A stretch of DNA of 64,000 nt from Pseudovirgaria hyperparasitica (taxonomy: Eukaryota), in the NCBI GenBank assembly GCA_010093815.1, contig ML996565.1; one strand, given 5' to 3'. The position numbers were made by a program, and so were the translations under genes. Of the stretch, positions 36,264 through 49,255 are shown one piece after another. The notes under the pieces were generated by a model. It saw only the letters and a program-made list of their open reading frames with translations, was not told the origin of the DNA and did not search any database. How positions within the stretch are numbered: the stretch's first letter is position 1; each line of letters opens with the position of its first letter.

Positions 36264-39012
36264 CTCTGCTACAATGCGCTCAACATACAGTCCCCCCCCA
36301 GAAGAATACAGCAGTATTTCGACTATCTCCACGCCTGAGCCCGATATACCATTATTCTCCATACCCGGTGATACGTCGACTTTGACCACTACAACCGATT
36401 CCTCTCCTGCTATTTCTACTCGTCCTGTAACAGCAAGTCTACCATATACGCCTTTGATGAGCTTAGTTTCGAGCCTTCATATAAGCTCTTCTCTAGGGAT
36501 AGAAGCGAACTCGAAGTCATTTTGGAATAGTCCTGTGTCAGAGACCGCAACTTCATATACCCAATCCACGGGCTCTTACACATCGACAAGTAATGGTCCT
36601 ACGTCCACAATCTCTACTATCACTACCACGAGTTCCATAAATCCTACAAGAAGTCCTCTCTCCAGTAGCGCGATTGGAGGAATTACAGGGGGTGGTATAG
36701 CTGCTCTCTTCGCTCTTCTTCTCATCTGGTGGTGTATCCATAAAGGCTGGTGCCTCACCCCTAAGAGGTCTAACGGAAGCACCGTCCACGTGGTACATCA
36801 GCATCATCATACGAGCCCCAAAGTCCCCCGCGTGCCGGAGACACATACCAGCTTGGACCATCGACACAAAATTATCCGTCGAAAACAACGTTCAGACCTT
36901 CCACGGAGCACTCGCTACAAACCCGGTCTCGATGACGAACGAGAATCTCCTCGTCTCTTTCAAAGACTGCCTCAGGGCTGGATCCTATTAGCTCACCTTC
37001 AGCCGGGAGAGGGTAATGACGCTTTACACTGCGAGATACGAGACAGCACTCAATCTGAGAAGTATGAGGCACTCTCTTGGGTCTGGTTTCAGCGCTCTCG
37101 AATAGAGAAAAACTCGAAGAAGCCCCTTAGGATGATCCCAATGCTCGTTAGTCGGTCGGATGGGATCAAAGATGGGCAACATATCATTATGTGGATTACT
37201 CCAAATCTCGCTAGAGCCCTATGGAAGCTACGTCCGCCTCTAGGTCAGACATCCCGACCGTTATGGATTGATATGCTCTGTATCATACAAGGCAGCTCTG
37301 TTGAGGCAAGAGAAGATCAAGAACAACAGCTGCCACTAATGGCCTCCATCTATGGCTCTGCTCAATACGTGATTGCCTGGCTCGGGGAGATTGCTGAGGG
37401 TATAGAATTCATATTCGAACAGGCCAACCTCATTATCGGTCTCGACACGCCTTTTTCTGAAAAGATAATGCCTTACAAACCCTTCGTTGACTACAGTCCG
37501 AAGGAAGTTCAAATTATACATGATTTTGCTTTGAGAGATTACTGGACTAGGATTTGGATTGTCCAAGAATTTGCCCTATCAAACTCCAGCTTTTCGCTTA
37601 TTTTCAAATCCGACGAGCTCGAAACAACGTGGCCTCAAGTGAATGTTCTCATCAATGATATAGATGGACCAACGCAACATGGCGTCGTCCGAAATATTGT
37701 TGACGACTACGTACTGTTCCCGGGCGTGGTCAATTGTTCGGTTCTGGCCGCCGTCCGCAAGTATGTGAGACCTGCCCAAATATTACAATACAAGTTTTAC
37801 GAGATCAAACATGAGGGCCTCCGACTACTGCCTTTGATTCACTATCTACGCAATCACATGTGTGGCGAGCCCATGGATCGCTTCATGGCTCTCAAATCAC
37901 TCACCCGTGGTGATACATTTGATATAATCAGTCCCCAATACAATATTAAGAACCAATATGTAGCGGAGTATGGTAGTCAAGCGTGGCTTGCACTAGAGCG
38001 CTTTTTTCCTCGCGTCACTCGTCCTGTCAAATACCACAGATCCGAACTGACAGCGATCGCTCATACATACGGTCAACTCGTCGAACTCGTAGCCATACTC
38101 TATGGTCGTCTCGATGCCCTCAACTGCAACACGGGCCAGACTGAGGAAGAAAGCCTCCATGGGTATGGCTTATCATCCTGGATCCCCAACCTCTGGAGCC
38201 CGCACACCACGTATTCACTCATCGATGGCGGCCGCGGTCCCGAAACCTGGTTTCAGGACATCGAGCACATGTACTCCGCTGGAATGGCAAGACCGCCAGC
38301 AGTATACAGACTAAAACCCCTTGATGGTAGTCACTACAGCCCAGACCCAGGCAAGCTTCTAGTTACAGGCTTCCAATTCGACTATATCGACAAGATACTG
38401 CCCCAGGCTGTCACGCCACAAACGCTCGAGGTACCACTCGGCGAACGTACCGTTGCGCGTCTCAATGACGCACTGCTTACCTGGGCAGAAAACAATGCCG
38501 CTGAGCTGGATGGGTGGGGTCTGGGTATATACCGAGACTGGAATGGCGGCTACGATATGGCGTTGCGCCGCATGCTCGTTGCAAATGTTGATCCCGCTCG
38601 GGCCTTTGGCAATCCCACTGCGAAAACCTCCGGCCACGACCTCAACTTCTGCAGGTCTACGGAGTGGGGCCAGGAGCCGACGCGCACGCTGACTGATGTT
38701 ACGAAGGTCTGGCCACAGGAGATCATGCGTGTGCACCTCAACAGGCGTATGTTCCGCACTCGTATGGGGTATATTGGTGTGGGACCTGAAGCCTTGAAGA
38801 AGGGTGATTTGGTCGTTATTCTTTTCGGGGGGCAGACACCTTACGTGCTTAGAGAGAATAGTTTGGCGGCTCCGACGAGAATACATGGGACTGGTCAGAA
38901 AGGGCGGTGGCAGACGTATAAATTTCTAGGCGAGTGCTATGTTGACGGAATCATGGGCGATGACAACGGAACGGCAGATAGCGATCATCGCCAGGACTTT
39001 GTTCTAGAATAG
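36175..39012 (+). CDS. Single-pass membrane protein with cytoplasmic HET (HET-6-like) domain
   Basis: One stop-free ORF. It has a Ser/Thr stalk (about 36260-36670), a TM helix AIGGITGGGIAALFALLLIWWCI (about 36670-36738), HET motifs YEALSWVW (37063), LWIDMLCIIQ (37261), QLPLMASIYGSAQYVIAWLG and YWTRIWIVQE (37540), and a HET-6-type C-terminus RRMFRTRMGYIGVGP..GDLVVILFGGQTPYVLR..FLGECYVDGIM. Confidence 0.9.
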   Translation: MLFIAMALLIALRQILSHRSPRQSPRYTPDSATMRSTYSPPPEEYSSISTISTPEPDIPLFSIPGDTSTLTTTTDSSPAISTRPVTASLPYTPLMSLVSSLHISSSLGIEANSKSFWNSPVSETATSYTQSTGSYTSTSNGPTSTISTITTTSSINPTRSPLSSSAIGGITGGGIAALFALLLIWWCIHKGWCLTPKRSNGSTVHVVHQHHHTSPKVPRVPETHTSLDHRHKIIRRKQRSDLPRSTRYKPGLDDERESPRLFQRLPQGWILLAHLQPGEGNDALHCEIRDSTQSEKYEALSWVWFQRSRIEKNSKKPLRMIPMLVSRSDGIKDGQHIIMWITPNLARALWKLRPPLGQTSRPLWIDMLCIIQGSSVEAREDQEQQLPLMASIYGSAQYVIAWLGEIAEGIEFIFEQANLIIGLDTPFSEKIMPYKPFVDYSPKEVQIIHDFALRDYWTRIWIVQEFALSNSSFSLIFKSDELETTWPQVNVLINDIDGPTQHGVVRNIVDDYVLFPGVVNCSVLAAVRKYVRPAQILQYKFYEIKHEGLRLLPLIHYLRNHMCGEPMDRFMALKSLTRGDTFDIISPQYNIKNQYVAEYGSQAWLALERFFPRVTRPVKYHRSELTAIAHTYGQLVELVAILYGRLDALNCNTGQTEEESLHGYGLSSWIPNLWSPHTTYSLIDGGRGPETWFQDIEHMYSAGMARPPAVYRLKPLDGSHYSPDPGKLLVTGFQFDYIDKILPQAVTPQTLEVPLGERTVARLNDALLTWAENNAAELDGWGLGIYRDWNGGYDMALRRMLVANVDPARAFGNPTAKTSGHDLNFCRSTEWGQEPTRTLTDVTKVWPQEIMRVHLNRRMFRTRMGYIGVGPEALKKGDLVVILFGGQTPYVLRENSLAAPTRIHGTGQKGRWQTYKFLGECYVDGIMGDDNGTADSDHRQDFVLE

Positions 39013-41203
39013 GGTTCTGGAACACCATATATGTACATTTTCATGATTGTTAGTGGTTTATCCTTCTATAAATAAGCAAAAAATCCAAGATCGTAGTGCA
39101 TAATATCGAGTCGGGGTACCTAACATCTTCAGTCACTCAGCCTACTAGCAACATTCCTCCAGTACCTCATCTTGAATTTGGCTCTAGACCATGTGCTTAT
39201 GCAATGAAACAGATTCTTTCTCCATCAGGTTTATGTCCTGAATACATAGATGTCCAATACATCCTGAGGCGAGGAGTAGAGGGTTGTCATGAACATGTCC
39301 AGCGAGGCAACGCCGTGTCACCAAATATAAAATTAGATATGCATAGTCTGAGTCCCTGTAGGTGTTTAGGCAATTGACATTCGTCTCTGAGCGTCAGGAG
39401 CCGAGTTCTGAAATTGCCTTCTGAACTCCTTGACTGTTACTGATTCGACCGCAATTACAAGCACTAGCAGTGTTTAACTGGGAGTCCTATGTCAGGAAGT
39501 ATAGACTACCTGCCCACGAGAACACCGGTGACAGTATTTGTCCAACATGCAATCGTACTTTGAGATCCAAAAGCTAATACTGTAAGCTGTAGCTGACTGG
39601 TCGAGAGGCATTTATGCGCCCGAACGCAAACCTGTACAACAAAATACAATGTCTGTGCTAGATAGAGTCAGCAGTTTTGTGAGCGCTCCGTTACTGTCGC
39701 GTCTCTCTGGGAGGTACTGCGTGGTATCGAGGAGCTTCGCGACTTTTTTATCTCTCCAGTACGTCCGATAAGCACCCCTGATGTGGTCTGAGATCCCACT
39801 ACAACTGAGGGACTCTTGTGACTTGGATGAATGTGCTTAGAAAGGGTTCTGTTGATGTAAGAGTCCCCAGTAACTAGTACGAAGTGAATTATATTGGCGA
39901 GGTGATTTTGGAGTAGATACATGTGGTTCGGAGGGATCGTTTATGGCTTTTATTAGAATCAATCCAAGAGGCGCTAAGACTAGCATCCACCTGCTCTTTA
40001 TCTACAGATCTTCATACTGCGTCATACTCTGGTCATCTTCCTTGAGAATTTTCGCCAGTCTCCAGCGCTGATGGTAGAGGCGAAAAGTTGAGGTGTAGAA
40101 CCAAAGAAATACCTAGGCACATAATGGACAGGATAACTAAAAGTGAGTCGACTGTGCTGCGCATAGAAGCTATGCAGACTATCTAAGTCTAGTGTGAAGT
40201 GATGTGAGAGGACACCCCAGCCTGGAGACGCATGCGTGACGAAGGAATGCAGCCTGAGAATACACCCCGGTTCCAATGTGCTGAAGTCCCAAGGCGCCAT
40301 AGTAATAAGGACACATACTATTGGAGCTTCGATATCATAGTCCCCGGCGTTCAATCCATACGTTATGTCTAGTTGAACCATCCGGCTACATTGCAGCCAC
40401 ACAATGCTACTTGCATTTGTCTTTGATGAGTCTAGAGCTTGACGTCAATCATTCTCATCAATATTAGGATATAGCTGTCGGTGAGGCTTTTCGGTCGGCC
40501 AGTGGAATTTAAGGCAAGTATGTCGAGCACCAATAGACGTTCCAAAGCGTATCTATCCGATTGGTGGACGTTGCCAGATGAAGTAGAAAAGAAAAGATGC
40601 CGTCCTTGATGCGCTACGACCAATATAGCCTAGCGCTGGATTTTCGTGGCAGTGGATACCTAGTCCGAAATTGGGAAACGACACAGAATGAAAGGATGAG
40701 TCGATAACAAGAGTATCGCCAGACTTTCAATTATGCAGTTGGGAGAGTAGTCATGCAGCCTTGCGCAGGCTGCACTGTGGTGTAGCATGCATATATACTG
40801 CAACAAGGTCCCCACTTTTCGCACAGGGTGAGTGTTGCGATCGACAAGGAAGCTCCGGACTAGGAAAATAGCTCTGCTTGCACTGGTCTTTATTCGGTCA
40901 GGTGTAGCGAAGAGGTTACCTTTCTCCCATAGCATCTATCAGTGCAAGAACTAGTGTCAGTAGGAACATAGGTCGGGTTTGGATATGCACACAAGGTCAT
41001 TATTCCATTATTATTACTGATCATTTCGGCATGATACAACCATACATACGACGATACACACAGTGGACACCCAAGTGCCATGCCTGATCCTCGCCATCAC
41101 GAAGGAAATCCATAGCTTCCAGAACACAATTTCCTCCCATCTCATTCATAACTCATCACTTCCATTCGCAGCATATTCTATGCATACGTGTGTATGTAGA
41201 CAG

Positions 41204-42241
41204 TTAGACCTCCTCACTGACCTTCTGCTTAGAGCTCAGGGGCTTGATCATGGTTGAGAGATCACCGACTGGAAGGTATTAGTTGGAGTCCAAAAATGAC
41301 TGCATGAGGATACATACCAGGTAGCGCTAACGGGAAATCAACGCTCGCAAGCATGATGCCGAAGAACAAGTACCAGCCGAGAAGACAAACGACAAATGCC
41401 AGTGCGCCCGCAGCTACTGTCATATTGTGGATCATGTCTGGGTTGCCTTGTGGGGTCTCGAGGAAGACGCCGGTCAAAAGACCGAAAGCGGGGATGAGAA
41501 GCAGGAAGATGAGCACGAAAACAACGTTCGTGCGCAGCGCACAGATGAGGTAGAAAAAGCACATTAAGCCCATGGAAAGCGTAAAGTAGCCGAACGAGTG
41601 GTTGAAGACAGGATTCTCAATGCCCGAGACCTCAGGGGAGTCCCCAGATGCTGGGACGTTGAAGGCACCAATAGCGTTAAAGTATGGGGTCAGTGTAGCA
41701 CCAAAGATGAGCCAGAAGGAGCCTTGGCTTATGTTAGTTGGGTGAAGAGAAGATGTAGTAACTTCACATACCAAAGCTGCCGAATACGATGAATGGAAAT
41801 GTATTGCCCAGGATGAACTCGCCAACGGCACCGAGAATCATTAGGAGACCACCAGCGAACCAGTAGGTGCCGACGGTCGCAGCTCCGAGACCACCAGCGC
41901 CCCGCCATCCGAGAAGAGCAAACGAAAGTGGAAAGAGAGCAAGCAAGAATCCAATGAGGCAGCTGAGACCGATATTAGAGAACAAAGCAGACACGAAAAC
42001 ATCTAAATACTTACAGCGGCGTTGGATTGGCGAATGTCTTACGGAGATCACCTGCCACACGGTTCTGAGGCGACAGGTAGATTTTCTCAAAGAGTTCTGG
42101 CGAGATGGAGATAGAACCAGCTGTCCTGATTCTTTGGAGAGCATTGTCAGCTTGTTCATTGCTTCCTAGGTGTTGGTGGAAATCTTTTTCCAGAGGATCG
42201 CCATTGGTGTTGGCTTGAGAGTAGTTGCCTTCGGCGGACAT
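41204..42241 (-). CDS. GPR1/FUN34/YaaH-family transporter, AlcS-like (4 exons)
   Basis: ELFEKIYLSP..GDLRKTFANPTPL, GEFILGNTFPFIVFGSFG, ICALRTNVVF, LASVDFPLALPVGDLS. Canonical introns, stop TAA at 41204. Confidence 0.92.
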
Positions 42242-44926
42242 TATGAGTATTCGTCAATGGACAATAGATGCAGGAGGAGATAGTAATGAAGGAGCACCAG
42301 GCTGCTGGGACGAGGTATCTCGAATCAGGCGAGGAAGAGTATAAGGACTTTGCGGCACAAATCGACGGCACGGGGGAGTTGCGATTCAAATATGAACATC
42401 CTGTAAACCTCGGGAGCCGTCAATGACTCCGCACCTCATCAGATCCCCAAGCCATCACGAGCTATGAGACGATCTGGAGAGCTACATTTGACGAGATGCT
42501 AACAATGCCTAGTTAGGACGGAAGGGAACCGCATGGTCCTAGCTTTTCTCAGAGCTGTGGGCATTGGCGAATAGACAGCTGCGCATTTTCGATCGTGCGA
42601 AACGGTGAACGGATCGATGCAGGGATCCGTTACTCTTTTCCAGGCTGGGGCACATCCGAAAGCAGACCTTTGGTTGCTAGGAGTTTGGCACACTGCGCAT
42701 GCATAGCAGCTGATGTGGGTTTTAGGTGGTATACCTACCGATCCTGAATATCAATGTAGATATGTGATTGCCTAAGTAATTTGGATTTTGAACTAGGAGC
42801 ATCTCAAAGTGAGTGGCACCAGACTCGCGAAGGGTTAGTCGAGTACAGTAAAGATTGGGTAGGATAGGTACTGACGACTGCAGGAGAACGACTAGCAAGA
42901 AAGCGATGGAGTGACAGTGGAGAGAGTTGAGAATATGGGGAAAGTAGGAAGGCCATGCCGTGTTGAGTATGGACCCGGGTGGCCGGAGCTTTGATGTGGG
43001 GCAAGACGTGGCCTATCATGTCTATGTTGAATGGATCATTTTGCGGGGTAGCTCCCGGCGCTAACGGCCACGGTTGTAGAACATTGCCAGGCTGATATTC
43101 CTACGCCGAGCTTAATCAACCCCGGCCTTTCGTATTGCCATTGCCCCTATGTTCCATCTCGCACGCGGTCTACGTCACTCGACAGGTACGGCAGTCAAGC
43201 TTCTGACCACCTTTTTAAGGCTCGACTTGCATCCCAACTCTAGGGACGGTGTACATGCCTGTTGCTGAGCTTGAGCTGTTGCTCAACTGTGAAATGTTCA
43301 TATTGGTCGGAAGTGGCCTTTTGAGTCTGCTGGCAATTCGTGTACTTTACAGTACCTACGCCCGAGATTGGGCATTAGAGCGCTGCTTCGCAGCGATGCA
43401 AGCTATAGACGGATGGCGTTGGTAGCAAAACAAGTGTCGTCTATCGTCCCGGGCCAAAGGCTTGGGGCGCTTGTGCGAATCAGGGGTCATTCTAACGCCT
43501 GAATCAATCATGGGGTGTGTGATGATGGTCGCCAACAGCTTGCCATAAATGCACGGATAGCTCAGGTATCTCTTAACCTGGACAGCTGATCGTCAGGTTT
43601 CGTAACAACTTGCCGCGTCAAGATTCCGCGATTAGAGATTCGTGATTCGTGATTCGTGGTTCATGATTCATGCTCCGTGCTCCGTGCTCCATGATACGTG
43701 TTGGGAGGCCCCCGATGTTCCATAAAATGCGAACTTCCGCTGACTGCTTACTCTTCTTCTTCACATTGCCGAAGCATATACCCGAGCCTTATCTGCTCGG
43801 AGATGAAAACCGCAGCGTAGCCTTCGTGACTATGTCGAATTGTGTGCAAGAACACATATTCTTCCTTAGCTGACCTTCATGTCACAACGATCCGTACTGC
43901 AATTGCTCAATCTCAGGATTGCCAATCCATAAGACTTGGTAGAACAGTAGCAGGTTTAGACCTAATGGTTTTGGAGCTTCATCATACCATCAGGTGGCAG
44001 CCTTGCTTGCCTTAATAGACATAACAGTCAGTTGCTACATTAGAAAATGTATCTCCATACCTTGTTAACTGGTCTACGCATATTAGTATATGACAACGTC
44101 GGACCACCAGAGTACGCCTTCATAAGAAATGGGTTTTACGCATAATGCTACGGCTGCATTCTCCGAGTTCCAAAGCAGAACTGGGCTTTTCGCGGAGATG
44201 GCAACCGGATGCGCGAGCAGTGAAGGTCACAAATTCTATGCGATTCGACAATCGTTCGAAGATCGTACTTGGTTTACCGAAATTGCAGATACCCGCATCA
44301 TTCGCTCCCCATGGCGCGACTGCAAGCTCGCGTTTGTTCTCGGTGAGTTCCAGACCTTATTTTATCCCACTTCGCTAATGGGTCAGAACTTTCCCGTGAT
44401 GGGAGGCTTTGATGGTGTTCAGGTGCAATGCCAAGTGCCAGCCTTTAGCAAGACACGAACCGCAACCGATCCCTTTCGCCACACATCCATCGACCCTTCA
44501 GCTGAGACGCTGCGTTGGAAGAATGGGTTTAGAGTCTTGTCTCACGTGTCATTCCGTGGTACGACACGTTCTCATGTTCGATAGCCTTCAATATAGTTAG
44601 AACCCTAGAATTTACTAGGCCAGTGGCCTGAAAAAAACGCTCTGCAAAAAGAAGACGCGGAATGAAGAACTTCTCTAGGTCGATGACACGATATATGAAG
44701 TCAGCTACTACTTTTCCATTAATGCAATGATTGTGGAACGTTAGGCTCAGGACGATGAATTTGCAGGTGCATCAGAGCTATACCGTAGAGAAGAGAGATG
44801 CCCGGGTATTCATCTAAACATCTATGCTTCACTCAACTCCACGAGACAGCGGCCAAAGATCAAAGTGGTGACATGGTGGGCGACAAACCGAACAAGACCG
44901 ACCTTAAAGAACCTCAATATAGGCCA

Positions 44927-45819
44927 CTAGTTTTGTAATCGCCATAAAGGTTCCTTTCCGATGGACGCCCAGAATTGTCTGCGCTCTTCGAAGACCGCCT
45001 CGCACCAACTCTTCACTTCGGGAAGCTTGATACGCGTTGATACCCACGTGAATTCACCGAGATCTACGCGCCCTTCTTGTGATCGCTCGTATTCTACCAT
45101 CTGTAGAAGAAGCTCCATTTTGTCAATATCATGAACATAAGTTGCTTCAAGTGTCCGATCATCCTCATATTCTTGCCAAATCTGCCTTATCTCTGTTCCT
45201 GAAAGTCCAGGAACACTACCCAGCAATCGCTGGCAGATATAGTCCATAGTTTCCGATTCACGGCGCGACTTCTCAGGTTTTGAAATCCCGTCGACTGGCG
45301 TGATGTCGCCGACTAAGGCCTCAGCCATGTCATGCACCAACGCCATCCTTGTACAGTGTGGGATGTTCACCCGGGATGAGAGTGAAGGAGGAGCGAGCAT
45401 GGTCAATATTGACATTCGATACATGTGGTCCGAGATTGACTCGGCATCCTCAAGCCCGAATCGTCGCCAGCCAGCTCTTTTGGTAGTCTTCAATCGCTCA
45501 AGAATATGGAAGAATGGAATTGGAGAATCCTTATCATGCTCAGGGCGGTGAGGAATGGTGGATAGTACTGCATATAAGTCAACGATCATGTCTCAACATT
45601 GCACGAAGTGGGCTGTAAGGCCATGTGCTTTTCGTCCACGTACCGCTTTCCGGGGTCCAAGGTTGATCGGCCTTGAAGTTGACGTTCGTGGGGACTCCTG
45701 ACGAAGGCTCTGTTAGGATGGTTAATAGATGCATGAGCATTTACTGCGTGGTGCTTACTAGAAGGACTGTTAGTCTGAGGAACGTCCTCAGCGGGACTGT
45801 CAAGTATCTTTGGGGACAT
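44927..45819 (-). CDS. HD-domain 5'-deoxynucleotidase (HDDC2/YGK1-like), 3 exons
   Basis: LKTTKRAGW, ESISDHMYRM, ALVHDMAEALVGDITP, DIDKMELLLQ. Two 5' introns (GTAAGC..CTAACAG and GTACGT..GCAG) join ATG 45819 in frame. Confidence 0.92.
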
Positions 45820-46154
45820 GACTGTAGTCAACAAGCGGTATAGCTAGAGAAAGATCACTTTTGATAATTCGCAGATCCTGATCATCCTATGAAGGTCCGT
45901 CCTAAAGTGTAGAGTCTAAGGTTTGCAAGAAAGCTCAACAATCGAAAGTGCCGATGTTGTGATTTCGCAAGCCAAACAAAGGGCGGCGGTTCCTAATCCA
46001 TCGGACCACGGAAAACGTTGGCCCTGGCTTGATCGGCATGCTTTTTGGTGGGGCGACATGTCGTTCCTGCCAAGACCGGCAGCAAGCTCATGTTGTGACC
46101 TCACAGTGCAAAACAACAATTGTCTTGCTGCTGGAGCTTGCTCTAAGTGCAAAC

Positions 46155-48247
46155 ATGGCCCGCTCATACCTGTCGCTCTTTGTCACAAACTTGAGGCTTC
46201 TGGACCTACATCATTTGTCTGATTGGCCCGATATCACAGAAGCTTCATTCGCTACATCTTCAAAGGATCATCAAAACCAGAAGCAACGCATCAGACAAGC
46301 AGAATGGGCCTTGTATCGTTTGTTCGAGACTTGGGATCCTTCCGAGACTCGCAGTGTCAGTATTATCATCGAAAAGCATGTACTGCACTCACAATTGCAT
46401 AGAAACTCCAGCCATTCTTCCCTCCTTTCGAACCCCTCCAATCGATCAACCTCCGAGCTGCTTTGTTCCGATGCCTGAACGATTTGAAGAAAAATGGAGT
46501 TCTGGGTCGAGAAGCTTCACTGCGCAAAACTATGTTGGATGAATGTAAAGGCGACAAGTTCGTGGAGATGCTTTTCTTCTTTTCCACGGCAGTACTGAAG
46601 AGGAAGCTGGACGACACGTCGCGGAACCAGTCGCATATGAGTATTGCAAGAAAGATCTCCGTGGCCTCAAGTCTCAGAGGTCCGGAAGAGCAGATACAGC
46701 TTGTCCCACTACTAATTGCTCACGCATCGTCAATAAGTACGATTCTCAAAAAGAGGACTTCGAATACGGTCCTATACTCCGAGGTCAACGAGCTCCTACA
46801 GATCACGTCACTCGACATTACTGAGAAAGATCGAAGGTATCAAGCTATCGCAAGCCAGACGGCAGGTGCTGATGGCGGTATCCTGGCGTCAGAAGCAGCC
46901 AGAAAGCAATTACAAGACAATTGGGTTGCCAATCAAAAGTGGCTGGAGGTAGTGATCAATGGTGATGAAAAGCAGGGCGATGACGACATCCTTAGTGGCT
47001 CATACAATAACTTCCTCCAACACATTCAAACAGGCAACCAACAAAGCAAGAGAGGGACGAAGACTGGCTTGATTGAGGATTTAGAGGGTCGCATCAGGAT
47101 TCAGGAGCGACGTCTTCGCCGGTGGGATGACTTTCAACAGAGGTTCAAAACTGCAAACGAACCAGATACCATCCTAGAATCAAAAACCAGTGCGAGGCCG
47201 CTTAGACAACCTTTGAGTATTCAGTTCAGTGAGCATGAGTGTCTGCGTCCAGGACAGAGTGGTGCTCCGACCTCTCCGAAACCAGCCTTCCATCGCATAC
47301 TAGATTACCGTAATGTAGTGGATGCGACACTGGAAGAACTTGAAGCTATGTCCTCTCGAAAAGAACGCCCGAGAAAACCAGTCTCAGCAAACGCAGTGCG
47401 AAATGCATCTGGCAGGCCAGTATCACAAGGGCCTATCCCAGATGAAGCGAGCAACACGACCAGTGACGTGTCCAGTGCTTCTCAGAGGCCTCGAAGGCAG
47501 ACTTCGCAACAGAAGCTGCCGCCTACGACCTCGCAGAGACTTGATTCAAGTAGTGAGAAGCTAGCGCTACTAGAGGTAGAGTCTGATCCATCTATCACTG
47601 CCAGCGCATCTGTTCACTGCAGTAATCGGATAGACATGCAATCTCTATCGACTATAATGCCAGAAATACGAGACACTAGCACAGTTGTGGAGGCCATGCC
47701 TACACTCGCCGAACAAATCGTAACTTCTGTAACTGACGCGTCCCCATCCCCCGTCAAGCGAGAACCGCGCCTATCCCTAGTTGATAGGACCAGATTGTCT
47801 ATGGCTGCACATACCTTCGGCCCCAGCACACTGATGTCCGTTACCGAATCACCCGATCTGCCGTCTCCTGTTCCACCCATGCCAGAAATTCCAGACGATC
47901 GGGCGAACCGGCGTACAACGCTCCTCGAGCGTACACGTCAGTCAATGAGTCTCGCAGCAACAAAGCCGAAGCCTCGCCAGTCGATGAATAAGAAGCGCCA
48001 GTCCTTGTTTCCTGTTAACCAATTCGAGACACCCAGAAAGACGACCTGGTCTCTCGAAGAAGAAAAACCTGCGGAAGAAGAGGTGACGCTTGAAGATGCA
48101 GACTACGACAACATATTCAAAAGCAGGCCTAAGATTGCACACAGCCCCGCGCCGTCTCCAAGCTTCATCGAGGATACATCCGCTATTGGAGGCGAAGAGT
48201 GGGAGAGTTCCCCGCTGCGTAGATTCCAGAAGACTGGTGACGCATGA
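46155..48247 (+). CDS. Augmin/HAUS subunit 6 N-terminal domain protein
   Basis: SLFVTNLRLLDL..WPDI, EWALYRLFETWDP, intron 46356-46402, KLQPFFPP..QSINLRAALFRCLNDLKKNGVLG..LRKTMLDECKG. The C-terminus has SLFPVNQFETP and FKSRPKIA. Confidence 0.85.
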
Positions 48248-49255
48248 ATCTTCGTGAATGCACCTGTGAACATCGTTCCAATGCTCTAGTGAAGACCACA
48301 GTCATGCCAAGCAATATGTGACCAACATATGGCCGTCGACGGTAAGATAGCAGGGGCAAGCGTCCGTGCCCCACTGTCATCAACAACAACTCAGACGACT
48401 GAAAGTTCTGTCAATGTGGGCCGCACAACGAATGTTTTGGCTGTATGACTGGCCTATGCCTTTATATGAAAGAGAGTTAAATGAATCCTAAAACATCATG
48501 ACTGCCACATATACAAGAAATCGCTACAAAGGTGCGGACGAAAGAGCCTTATATCTGCCACTTACGAGGTAGCCAGGTGCGCCACGGCACATGTTGATTT
48601 TCGAGTTTCAGGTACAGGCATTCTCAACCATTTGGCTGCAGCTACCGTTTAGATTGTAAGGGCTTGCTTGCGTCTAGATCGACACAATGCTAGAAATCGT
48701 CCATGCAATGTAATCAGTGACAAGAGCATTGGTCTCACCTATGAATCGGTTGTGCAGCTTAGGCGAATCCTACAGGTCCACGCCATGGGTATAGGTAGCT
48801 CTTATTCAGATTAGCAGAGCCTTTAGCAATATGACCCATCGTTACAGTTGGCCCCTCCATCCTGACATTTCGGAACTAGAGTTTACTATGCATAAGTAGC
48901 TCAAGGATAAACGTACGAAAAGGGTTTCTTTGCATAATATCACAGTCTCCAGTGACCTCAAAGTCGCCTTTGTTGAATGAATGAAAGGAGACGCAAGTAT
49001 TCCAGACATCTAGGAATTTAAGTAAATCTCTAGCTATTGCCCTTGTTAAGCTTTTGACAGAGAAGATAACATAAAGTGCAGTGCTTCAAAATGAAATATG
49101 CGTTAAGATGGAGTTCCATCACCATTTCCGATTTTCCTTTAATCGTCCACCTTCCATGACGTCTTTCCAACTTGTTTTCAACTCGACAGCAACGACCTCG
49201 AGATAATAAGACAGGTGTACGAGAGCTCTAGCTCAACATGCCAACCACACAATAC

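Noticed and set aside
44129..44584. 151-aa ORF containing an intron-like GTGAGT..GCTAAT..CAG (44343-44386)
   Set aside because: No recognisable motif, and splicing in its own frame gives an early stop. It could be a small gene but cannot be supported from sequence alone.
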